Origin: Eledone cirrhosa | Taxonomy: Eukaryota | Assembly (NCBI GenBank): GCA_964016885.1 | Contig: OZ024740.1 | Span: forward strand, 33,852,001-33,916,000 | Direction: 5' to 3' | DNA length: 64,000 nucleotides | In this document: positions 40,601 through 53,800 of the stretch, in pieces | Numbering within the stretch: position 1 is the stretch's first letter | Layout: every line of letters starts with the position of its first letter | Notes under the pieces: model-generated | Told to the model about the DNA's origin: nothing | The model's database searches: none | The model's input: the letters and a program-made list of their open reading frames with translations, nothing else | Program-made: the position numbers and the translations under genes

Positions 40601-43600
40601 TGTCTCTTACCATCAACCATCTTTACTGCTACCTTCCAACTCTCTCTTACCATCAACCATCTTTACTGCTATCTTCTAACTCTCTCTTACCATCAACCAT
40701 CTTTACTGCTATCTTCCAACTCTCTCTTACCATCAACCATCTTTACTGCTATCTTCCAACTGTCTCTTACCATCAACCATCTTTACTGCTATCTTCCAAC
40801 TGTCTCTTACCATCAACCATCTTTACTGCTATCTTCCAACTCTCTCTTACCATCAACCATCTTTACTGCTATCTTCCAACTGTCTCTAACCATCAACCAT
40901 CTTTACTGCTATCTTCCAACTCTCTCTTACCATCAACCATCTTTACTGCTATCTTCCAACGCTCTCTTACCATCAACCATCTTTACTGCTATCTTCCAAC
41001 TCTCTCTTACCAATAACCATCTTTACTGCTATCTTCTAACTCTCTCTTACCATCAACCATCTTTACTGCTATCTTCCAACTCTCTCTTACCAATAACCAT
41101 CTTTACTGCCATCTTCCAACTCTCTCTTACCATCAACCATCTTTTCTGCTATCTTCCAACTCTCTCTCTTACCATCAAACCTCTTTACTGCTATCTTCCA
41201 ACTCTCTCTTACCATCAACCATCTTTACTGCTATCTTCTAACTCTCTCTTACCATCAACCATCTTTACTGCTATCTTCCAACTCTCTCTCTTACCATCAA
41301 CCATCTTTACTGCTATCTTCTAACTCTCTCTTACCATCAACCATCTTTACTGCTACCTTCCAACTCTCTCTTACCATCAACCATCTTTACTGCTACCTTC
41401 CAACTCTCTCTTACCATCAACCATCTTTAATGCTATCTTCTAACTCTCTCTTACCATCAACCATCTTTACTGCTATCTTCCAACTCTCTCTTACCAATAA
41501 CCATCTTTACTGCTATCTTCCAACTGTCTCTTACCATCAACCATCTTTACTGCTATCTTCTAACTCTCTCTTACCAATAACCATCTTTACTGCTATCTTC
41601 CAACTCTCTCTTACCATCAACCATCTTTACTGCTATCTTCCAACTCTCTCTTACCAATAACCATCTTTACTGCTATCTTCCAACTCTCTCTTACCATCAA
41701 CCATCTTTACTGCTATCTTCCAACTCTCTCTTACCATCAACCATCTTTACTGCTATCTTCCAACTCTCTCTTACCATCAACTATCTTTACTGCTATCTTC
41801 CAACTCTCTCTTACCATCAACCATCTTTACTGCTACCTTCCAACTCTCTCTTACCATCAACCATCTTTACTGCTATCTTCCAACTCTCTCTTACCATCAA
41901 CCATCTTTACTGCTATCTTCCAACTCTCTCTTACCATCAACCATCTTTACTGCTATCTTCCAACTCTCTCTTACCATCAACCATCTTTACTGCTAACTTC
42001 CAACTCTCTCTTACCAATAACCATCTTTACTGCTATCTTCTAACTCTCTCTTACCATCAACCATCTTTACTGCTATCTTCCAACTCTCTCTTACCATCAA
42101 CCATCTTTACTGCTATCTTCTAACTCTCTCTTACCATCAACCATCTTTACTGCTACCTTCCAACTCTCTCTTACCATCAACCATCTTTACTGCTATCTTC
42201 CAACTCTCTCTTACCATCAACCATCTTTACTGCTATCTTCCAACTCTCTCTTACCATCAACCATCTTTACTGCTATCTTCCGACTCTCTCTTACCATCAA
42301 CCATCTTTACTGCTATCTTCCAACTCTCTCTTACCATCAACCATCTTTACTGCTATCTTCCAACTCTCTCTTACCATCAACCATCTTTACTGCTATCTTC
42401 CAACTCTCTCTTACCATCAACCATCTTTACTGTTATCTTCTAACTCTCTCTTACCATCAACCATCTTTACTGCTATCTTCTAACTCTCTCTTATCCTTCA
42501 AACATCTTTACTGCTATCTTCCAACTCTCTCTTACCAATAACCGTCTTTACTGCTATCTTCTAACTCTCCCTTACCATCAACCATCTTTACTGCTATCTT
42601 CCAACTCTCTCTTACCAATAACCATCTTTACTGCCATCTTCCAACTCTCTCTTACCATCAACCATCTTTACTGCTATCTTCCAACTCTCTCTTACCATCA
42701 ACTATCTTTACTGCTATCTTCCAACTCTCTCTTACCATCAACCATCTTTACTGCTAACTTCCAACTCTCTCTTACCAATAACCATCTTTACTGCTATCTT
42801 CTAACTCTCTCTTACCATCAACCATCTTTACTGCTATCTTCCAACTCTCTCTTACCATCAACCATCTTTACTGTTATCTTCTAACTCTCTCTTACCATCA
42901 ACCATCTTTACTGCTATCTTCCAACTCTCTCTTACCATCAACCATCTTTACTGCTATCTTCTAACTCTCTCTTACCATCAACCATCTTTACTGCTATCTT
43001 CCAACTCTCTCTCTTACCATCAACCATCTTTACTGCTATCTTCTAACTCTCTCTTACCATCAACCATCTTTACTGCTACCTTCCAACTCTCTCTTACCAT
43101 CAACCATCTTTACTGCTATCTTCCAACTCTCTCTTACCAATAACCATCTTTACTGCTATCTTCCAACTCTCTCTTACCATCAACCATCTTTACTGCTATC
43201 TTCCAACTCTCTCTTACCATCAACCATCTTTACTGTTATCTTCTAACTCTCTCTTACCATCAACCATCTTTACTGCTATCTTCTAACTCTCTCTTATCCT
43301 TCAAACATCTTTACTGCTATCTTCCAACTCTCTCTCTTACCATCAACCATCTTTACTGCTATCTTCCAACTGTCTCTTACCATCAACCATCTTTACTGCT
43401 ACCTTCCAACTCTCTCTTACCATCAACCATCTTTACTGCTATCTTCCAACTCTCTCTTACCATCAACCATCTTTACTGCTAACTTCCAACTCTCTCTTAC
43501 CATCAACCATCTTTACTGCTACCTTCCAACTCTCTCTTACCATCAAACATCTTTACTGCTATCTTCTAACTCTCTCTTACCAATAACCATCTTTATTGCT

Positions 43601-44835
43601 ATCTTCTAACTCTCTCTTACCAATAACCATCTTTATTGCTATCTTCTAACTCTCTCTTACCAATAACCATCTTTACTGCTATCTTCCAACTCTCTCTTAC
43701 CATCAACCATCTTTACTGCTATCTTCCAACTCTCTCTTACCATCAAACATCTTTTCTGCTATCTTCCAACTCTCTCTTACCATCAACCATCTTTACTGCC
43801 ATCTTCCAACTCTCTCTTACCATCAACCATCTTTTCTGCTATCTTCCAACTCTTTCTCTTACCATCAACCATCTTTACTGCTATCTTCCAACTCTCTCTT
43901 ACCATCAACCATCTTTACTGCTATCTTCTAACTCTCTCTTACCAATAACCATCTTTACTGCCATCTTCCAACTCTCTCTTACCATCAACCATCTTTTCTG
44001 CTATCTTCCAACTCTCTCTTACCATCAACCATCTTTACTGCCATCTTCCAACTCTCTCTTACCATCAACCATCTTTTCTGCTATCTTCCAACTCTCTCTC
44101 TTACCATCAACCATCTTTACTGCTATCTTCCAACTCTCTCTTACCATCAACCATCTTTACTGCTATCTTCTAACTCTCTCTTACCATCAACCATCTTTAC
44201 TGCTATCTTCCAACTCTCTCTCTTACCATCAACCATCTTTACTGCTATCTTCCAACTCTCTCTTACCATCAACCATCTTTTCTGCTATCTTCCAACTCTC
44301 TCTCTTACCATCAACCATCTTTACTGCTATCTTCCAACTCTCTCTTACCATCAACCATCTTTACTGCTATCTTCTAACTCTCTCTTACCATCAACCATCT
44401 TTACTGCTATCTTCCAACTCTCTCTCTTACCATCAACCATCTTTACTGCTATCTTCTAACTCTCTCTTACCATCAACCATCTTTACTGCTACCTTCCAAC
44501 TCTCTCTTACCATCAACCATCTTTTCTGCTATCTTCTAACTCTCTCTTACCATCAACCATCTTTACTGCTATTTTCCAACTCTCTCTTACCATCAACCAT
44601 CTTTACTGCTATTTTCCAACTCTCTCTTACCAATAACCATCTTTACTGCTATCTTCCAACTCTCTCTTACCATCAACCATCTTTACTGCTATCTTCCAAC
44701 TCTCTCTTACCATCAACCATCTTTACTGCTATCTTCCAACTCTCTCTTACCATCAAACATCTTTACTGCTATCTTCTAACTCTCTCTTACCAATAACCAT
44801 CTTTACTGCTATCTTCTAACTCTCTCTTACCAATA
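31604..44835 (+). repeat. Super-repeat copy B (13,232 bp; copy A minus 2,607 bp)
   Basis: Markers 33502/35990/41430 recur at 46734/49222/54662 (+13,232), and 30404 recurs at 43636 (+13,232). Variants of the A segment at about 27,600-30,200 are absent. Confidence 0.92.
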
Positions 44836-47800
44836 ACCATCTTTACTGCTATCTTCCAACTCTCTCTTACCAATAACCATCTTTACTGCTATCTTCCAAC
44901 TCTCTCTTACCATCAACCATCTTTACTGCTATCTTCCAACTCTCTCTTACCATCAACCATCTTTACTGTTATCTTCTAACTCTCTCTTACCATCAACCAT
45001 CTTTACTGCTATCTTCTAACTCTCTCTTATCCTTCAAACATCTTTACTGCTATCTTCCAACTCTCTCTCTTACCATCAACCATCTTTACTGCTATCTTCC
45101 AACTCTCTCTTACCATCAACCATCTTTACTGCTACCTTCCAACTTTCTCTTACCATCAACCATCTTTACTGCTATCTTCCAACACTCTCTTACCATCAAC
45201 CATCTTTACTGCTATCTTCCAACTCTCTCTTACCATCAACCATCTTTACTGCTATCTTCCAACTGTCTCTTACCATCAACCATCTTTACTGCTATCTTCC
45301 AACTCTCTCTTACCATCAACCATCTTTACTGCTATCTTCAAACTCTCTCTTACCATCAACCATCTTTACTGCTATCTTCCAACTGTCTCTAACCATCAAC
45401 CATCTTTACTGCTATCTTCCAACTCTCTCTTATCATCAACCATCTTTACTGCTATCTTCCAACTCTCTCTTACCATCAACCATCTTTACTGCTATCTTCC
45501 AACTCTCTCTTACCAATAACCATCTTTACTGCTACCTTCCAACTCTCTCTTACCATCAACCATCTTTACTGCTATCTTCCAACTCTCTCTTACCATCAAC
45601 CATCTTTACTGCTATCTTCCAACTCTCTCTTACCATCAACCATCTTTACTGCTATCTTCCAACTCTCTCTTACCAATAACCATCTTTACTGCTATCTTCT
45701 AACTCTCTCTTACCATCAACCATCTTTACTGCTATCTTCTAACTCTCTCTTACCATCAACCATCTTTACTGCTATCTTCCAACTCTCTCTTACCATCAAC
45801 TATCTTTACTGCCATCTTCCAACTCTCTCTTACCATCAACCATCTTTACTGCTATCTTCCAACTCTCTCTCTTACCATCAACCATCTTTACTGCTACCTC
45901 CAACTCTCTCTTACCATCAACCATCTTTACTGCTATCTTCCAACTCTCTCTTACCATCAACCATCTTTACTGCTACCTTCCAACTCTCTCTTACCATCAA
46001 CCATCTTTACTGCTATCTTCCAACTCTCTCTTACCATCAACCATCTTTACTGCTACCTTCCAACTCTCTCTTACCATCAACCATCTTTACTGCTATCTTC
46101 CAACTGTCTCTTACCATCAACCATCTTTACTGCTATCTTCCAACTCTCTCTTACCATCAACCATCTTTACTGCTATCTTCCAACTGTCTCTAACCATCAA
46201 CCATCTTTACTGCTATCTTCCAACTCTCTCTTACCATCAACCATCTTTACTGCTATCTTCCAACGCTCTCTTACCATCAACCATCTTTACTGCTATCTTC
46301 CAACTCTCTCTTACCAATAACCATCTTTACTGCTATCTTCTAACTCTCTCTTACCATCAACCATCTTTACTGCTATCTTCCAACTCTCTCTTACCAATAA
46401 CCATCTTTACTGCCATCTTCCAACTCTCTCTTACCATCAACCATCTTTTCTGCTATCTTCCAACTCTCTCTCTTACCATCAACCCTCTTTACTGCTATCT
46501 TCCAACTCTCTCTTACCATCAACCATCTTTACTGCTATCTTCTAACTCTCTCTTACCATCAACCATCTTTACTGCTATCTTCCAACTCTCTCTCTTACCA
46601 TCAACCATCTTTACTGCTATCTTCTAACTCTCTCTTACCATCAACCATCTTTACTGCTACCTTCCAACTCTCTCTTACCATCAACCATCTTTACTGCTAC
46701 CTTCCAACTCTCTCTTACCATCAACCATCTTTAATGCTATCTTCTAACTCTCTCTTACCATCAACCATCTTTACTGCTATCTTCCAACTCTCTCTTACCA
46801 ATAACCATCTTTACTGCTATCTTCCAACTGTCTCTTACCATCAACCATCTTTACTGCTATCTTCTAACTCTCTCTTACCAATAACCATCTTTACTGCTAT
46901 CTTCCAACTCTCTCTTACCATCAACCATCTTTACTGCTATCTTCCAACTCTCTCTTACCAATAACCATCTTTACTGCTATCTTCCAACTCTCTCTTACCA
47001 TCAACCATCTTTACTGCTATCTTCCAACTCTCTCTTACCATCAACCATCTTTACTGCTATCTTCCAACTCTCTCTTACCATCAACCATCTTTACTGCTAT
47101 CTTCTAACTCTCTCTTACCATCAACCATCTTTACTGCTACCTTCCAACTCTCTCTTACCATCAACCATCTTTACTGCTATCTTCCAACTCTCTCTTACCA
47201 TCAACCATCTTTACTGCTATCTTCCAACTCTCTCTTACCATCAACCATCTTTACTGCTATCTTCCGACTCTCTCTTACCATCAACCATCTTTACTGCTAT
47301 CTTCCAACTCTCTCTTACCATCAACCATCTTTACTGCTATCTTCCAACTCTCTCTTACCATCAACCATCTTTACTGCTATCTTCCAACTCTCTCTTACCA
47401 TCAACCATCTTTACTGCTATCTTCCAACTCTCTCTTACCATCAACCATCTTTACTGTTATCTTCTAACTCTCTCTTACCATCAACCATCTTTACTGCTAT
47501 CTTCTAACTCTCTCTTATCCTTCAAACATCTTTACTGCTATCTTCCAACTCTCTCTCTTACCATCAACCATCTTTACTGCTATCTTCCAACTCTCTCTTA
47601 CCATCAACCATCTTTACTGCTACCTTCCAACTTTCTCTTACCATCAACCATCTTTACTGCTATCTTCCAACACTCTCTTACCATCAACCATCTTTACTGC
47701 TATCTTCCAACTCTCTCTTACCATCAACCATCTTTACTGCTATCTTCCAACTGTCTCTTACCATCAACCATCTTTACTGCTATCTTCCAACTCTCTCTTA

Positions 47801-50800
47801 CCATCAACCATCTTTACTGCTATCTTCAAACTCTCTCTTACCATCAACCATCTTTACTGCTATCTTCCAACTGTCTCTAACCATCAACCATCTTTACTGC
47901 TATCTTCCAACTCTCTCTTATCATCAACCATCTTTACTGCTATCTTCCAACTCTCTCTTACCATCAACCATCTTTACTGCTATCTTCCAACTCTCTCTTA
48001 CCAATAACCATCTTTACTGCTACCTTCCAACTCTCTCTTACCATCAACCATCTTTACTGCTATCTTCCAACTCTCTCTTACCATCAACCATCTTTACTGC
48101 TATCTTCCAACTCTCTCTTACCATCAACCATCTTTACTGCTATCTTCCAACTCTCTCTTACCAATAACCATCTTTACTGCTATCTTCTAACTCTCTCTTA
48201 CCATCAACCATCTTTACTGCTATCTTCTAACTCTCTCTTACCATCAACCATCTTTACTGCTATCTTCCAACTCTCTCTTACCATCAACTATCTTTACTGC
48301 CATCTTCCAACTCTCTCTTACCATCAACCATCTTTACTGCTATCTTCCAACTCTCTCTCTTACCATCAACCATCTTTACTGCTACCTCCAACTCTCTCTT
48401 ACCATCAACCATCTTTACTGCTATCTTCCAACTCTCTCTTACCATCAACCATCTTTACTGCTACCTTCCAACTCTCTCTTACCATCAACCATCTTTACTG
48501 CTATCTTCCAACTCTCTCTTACCATCAACCATCTTTACTGCTACCTTCCAACTCTCTCTTACCATCAACCATCTTTACTGCTATCTTCCAACTGTCTCTT
48601 ACCATCAACCATCTTTACTGCTATCTTCCAACTCTCTCTTACCATCAACCATCTTTACTGCTATCTTCCAACTGTCTCTAACCATCAACCATCTTTACTG
48701 CTATCTTCCAACTCTCTCTTACCATCAACCATCTTTACTGCTATCTTCCAACGCTCTCTTACCATCAACCATCTTTACTGCTATCTTCCAACTCTCTCTT
48801 ACCAATAACCATCTTTACTGCAATCTTCTAACTCTCTCTTACCATCAACCATCTTTACTGCTATCTTCCAACTCTCTCTTACCAATAACCATCTTTACTG
48901 CCATCTTCCAACTCTCTCTTACCATCAACCATCTTTTCTGCTATCTTCCAACTCTCTCTCTTACCATCAACCCTCTTTACTGCTATCTTCCAACTCTCTC
49001 TTACCATCAACCATCTTTACTGCTATCTTCTAACTCTCTCTTACCATCAACCATCTTTACTGCTATCTTCCAACTCTCTCTCTTACCATCAACCATCTTT
49101 ACTGCTATCTTCTAACTCTCTCTTACCATCAACCATCTTTACTGCTACCTTCCAACTCTCTCTTACCATCAACCATCTTTACTGCTACCTTCCAACTCTC
49201 TCTTACCATCAACCATCTTTAATGCTATCTTCTAACTCTCTCTTACCATCAACCATCTTTACTGCTATCTTCCAACTCTCTCTTACCAATAACCATCTTT
49301 ACTGCTATCTTCCAACTGTCTCTTACCATCAACCATCTTTACTGCTATCTTCTAACTCTCTCTTACCAATAACCATCTTTACTGCTATCTTCCAACTCTC
49401 TCTTACCATCAACCATCTTTACTGCTATCTTCCAACTCTCTCTTACCAATAACCATCTTTACTGCTATCTTCCAACTCTCTCTTACCATCAACCATCTTT
49501 ACTGCTATCTTCCAACTCTCTCTTACCATCAACCATCTTTACTGCTATCTTCCAACTCTCTCTTACCATCAACCATCTTTACTGCTATCTTCTAACTCTC
49601 TCTTACCATCAACCATCTTTACTGCTACCTTCCAACTCTCTCTTACCATCAACCATCTTTACTGCTATCTTCCAACTCTCTCTTACCATCAACCATCTTT
49701 ACTGCTATCTTCCAACTCTCTCTTACCATCAACCATCTTTACTGCTATCTTCCGACTCTCTCTTACCATCAACCATCTTTACTGCTATCTTCCAACTCTC
49801 TCTTACCATCAACCATCTTTACTGCTATCTTCCAACTCTCTCTTACCATCAACCATCTTTACTGCTATCTTCCAACTCTCTCTTACCATCAACCATCTTT
49901 ACTGCTATCTTCCAACTCTCTCTTACCATCAACCATCTTTACTGCTATCTTCTAACTCTCTCTTATCCTTCAAACATCTTTACTGCTATCTTCCAACTCT
50001 CTCTTACCAATAACCGTCTTTACTGCTATCTTCTAACTCTCCCTTACCATCAACCATCTTTACTGCTATCTTCCAACTCTCTCTTACCAATAACCATCTT
50101 TACTGCCATCTTCCAACTCTCTCTTACCATCAACCATCTTTACTGCTATCTTCCAACTCTCTCTTACCATCAACTATCTTTACTGCTATCTTCCAACTCT
50201 CTCTTACCATCAACCATCTTTACTGCTAACTTCCAACTCTCTCTTACCAATAACCATCTTTACTGCTATCTTCTAACTCTCTCTTACCATCAACCATCTT
50301 TACTGCTATCTTCCAACTCTCTCTTACCATCAACCATCTTTACTGTTATCTTCTAACTCTCTCTTACCATCAACCATCTTTACTGCTATCTTCCAACTCT
50401 CTCTTACCATCAACCATCTTTACTGCTATCTTCTAACTCTCTCTTACCATCAACCATCTTTACTGCTATCTTCCAACTCTCTCTCTTACCATCAACCATC
50501 TTTACTGCTATCTTCTAACTCTCTCTTACCATCAACCATCTTTACTGCTACCTTCCAACTCTCTCTTACCATCAACCATCTTTACTGCTATCTTCCAACT
50601 CTCTCTTACCAATAACCATCTTTACTGCTATCTTCCAACTCTCTCTTACCATCAACCATCTTTACTGCTATCTTCCAACTCTCTCTTACCATCAACCATC
50701 TTTACTGTTATCTTCTAACTCTCTCTTACCATCAACCATCTTTACTGCTATCTTCTAACTCTCTCTTATCCTTCAAACATCTTTACTGCTATCTTCCAAC

Positions 50801-53800
50801 TCTCTCTCTTACCATCAACCATCTTTACTGCTATCTTCCAACTGTCTCTTACCATCAACCATCTTTACTGCTACCTTCCAACTCTCTCTTACCATCAACC
50901 ATCTTTACTGCTATCTTCCAACACTCTCTTACCATCAACCATCTTTACTGCTATCTTCCAACTCTCTCTTACCATCAACCATCTTTACTGCTATCTTCCA
51001 ACTGTCTCTTACCATCAACCATCTTTACTGCTATCTTCCAACTCTCTCTTACCATCAACCATCTTTACTGCTATCTTCCAACTCTCTCTTACCATCAACC
51101 ATCTTTACTGCTATCTTCCAACTGTCTCTAACCATCAACCATCTTTACTGCTATCTTCCAACTCTCTCTTATCATCAACCATCTTTACTGCTATCTTCCA
51201 ACTCTCTCTTACCATCAACCATCTTTACTGCTATCTTCCAACTCTCTCTTACCAATAACCATCTTTACTGCTACCTTCCAACTCTCTCTTACCATCAACC
51301 ATCTTTACTGCTATCTTCCAACTCTCTCTTACCGTCAACCATCTTTACTGCTATCTTCCAACTCTCTCTTACCAATAACCATCTTTACTGCTATCTTCTA
51401 ACTCTCTCTTACCATCAACCATCTTTACTGCTATCTTCCAACTCTCTCTTACCAATAACCATCTTTACTGCCATCTTCCAACTCTCTCTTACCATCAACC
51501 ATCTTTTCTGCTATCTTCCAACTCTCTCTCTTACCATCAACCCTCTTTACTGCTATCTTCCAACTCTCTCTTACCATCAACCATCTTTACTGCTATCTTC
51601 TAACTCTCTCTTACCATCAACCATCTTTACTGCTACCTTCCAACTCTCTCTTACCATCAACCATCTTTACTGCTATCTTCCAACTCTCTCTTACCAATAA
51701 CCATCTTTACTGCTATCTTCCAACTCTCTCTTACCATCAACCATCTTTACTGCTATTTTCCAACTCTCTCTTACCATCAACCATCTTTACTGCTATCTTC
51801 CAACTCTCTCTTACCATCAACTATCTTTACTGCTATCTTCCAACTCTCTCTTACCATCAACCATCTTTACTGCTACCTTCCAAGTCTCTCTTACCATCAA
51901 CCATCTTTACTGCTATCTTCCAACTCTCTCTTACCATCAACCATCTTTACTGCTATCTTCCAACTCTCTCTTACCATCAACTATCTTTACTGCTATCTTC
52001 CAACTCTCTCTTACCATCAACCATCTTTACTGCTAACTTCCAACTCTCTCTTACCAATAACCATCTTTACTGCTATCTTCCAACTCTCTCTTACCATCAA
52101 CCATCTTTACTGCTATCTTCCAACTCTCTCTTACCATCAACCATCTTTACTGCTATCTTCCGACTCTCTCTTACCATCAACCATCTTTACTGCTATCTTC
52201 CAACTCTCTCTTACCATCAACCATCTTTACTGCTATCTTCCAACTCTCTCTTACCATCAACCATCTTTACTGCTATCTTCCAACTCTCTCTTACCATCAA
52301 TCATCTTTACTGCTATCTTCCAACTCTCTCTTACCGTCAACCATCTTTACTGCTACCTTCCAACTCTCACTTACCATCAACCATCTTTACTGCTATCTTC
52401 CAACTCTCTCTTACCATCAACCATCTTTACTGCTATCTTCCAACTCTCTCTTACCATCAACCATCTTTACTGCTATCTTCCAACTCTCTCTTACCATCAA
52501 CCATCTTTACTGCTATCTTCCAACTCTCTCTTACCATCAATCATCTTTACTGCTATCTTCCAACTCTCTCTTACCGTCAACCATCTTTACTGCTACCTTC
52601 CAACTCTCACTTACCATCAACCATCTTTACTGCTATCTTCCAACTCTCTCTTACCATCAACCATCTTTACTGCTATCTTCCAACTCTCTCTTACCATCAA
52701 CCATCTTTACTGCTATCTTCCAACTCTCTCTTACCATCAACCATCTTTACTGCTATCTTCCAACTCTCTCTTACCATCAACCATCTTTACTGCTATCTTC
52801 CAACTCTCTCTTACCAATAACCCTCTTTACTGCTATCTTCTAACTCTCTCTTACCATCAACCATCTTTACTGCTATCTTCAAACTCTCTCTTACCATCTT
52901 TACTGCTATCTTCTAACTCTCTCTTACCATCAACCATCTTTACTGCTATCTTCCAACTCTCTCTTACCATCTTTACTGCTATCTTCTAACTCTCTCTTAC
53001 CATCAACCATCTTTACTGCTATCTTCCAACTCTCTCTTACCATCTTTACTGCTATCTTCTAACTCTCTCTTACCATCAACCATCTTTTCTGCTATCTTCC
53101 AACTCTCTCTCTTACCATCAACCATCTTTACTGCTATCTTCCAACTCTCTCTTACCATCAACCATCTTTACTGCTATCTTCTAACTCTCTCTTACCATCA
53201 ACCATCTTTACTGCTATCTTCCAACTCTCTCTCTTACCATCAACCATCTTTACTGCTATCTTCTAACTCTCTCTTACCATCAACCATCTTTACTGCTATC
53301 TTCCAACTCTCTCTCTTACCATCAACCATCTTTACTGCTATCTTCTAACTCTCTCTTACCATCAACCATCTTTTCTGCTATCTTCCAACTCTCTCTCTTA
53401 CCATCAACCATCTTTACTGCTATCTTCTAACTCTCTCTTACCATCAACCATCTTTACTGCTATCTTCCAACTCTCTCTCTTACCATCAACCATCTTTACT
53501 GCTATCTTCTAACTCTCTCTTACCATCAACCATCTTTTCTGCTATCTTCCAACTCTCTCTCTTACCATCAACCATCTTTACTGCTATCTTCCAACTCTCT
53601 CTTACCATCTTTACTGCTATCTTCTAACTCTCTCTTACCATCAACCATCTTTTCTGCTATCTTCCAACTCTCTCTCTTACCATCAACCATCTTTACTGCT
53701 ACCTTCCAACTCTCTCTTACCATCAACCATCTTTACTGATATCTTCCAACTCTCTCTTACCAATAACCATCTTTACTGCTATCTTCCAACTCTCTCTCTT

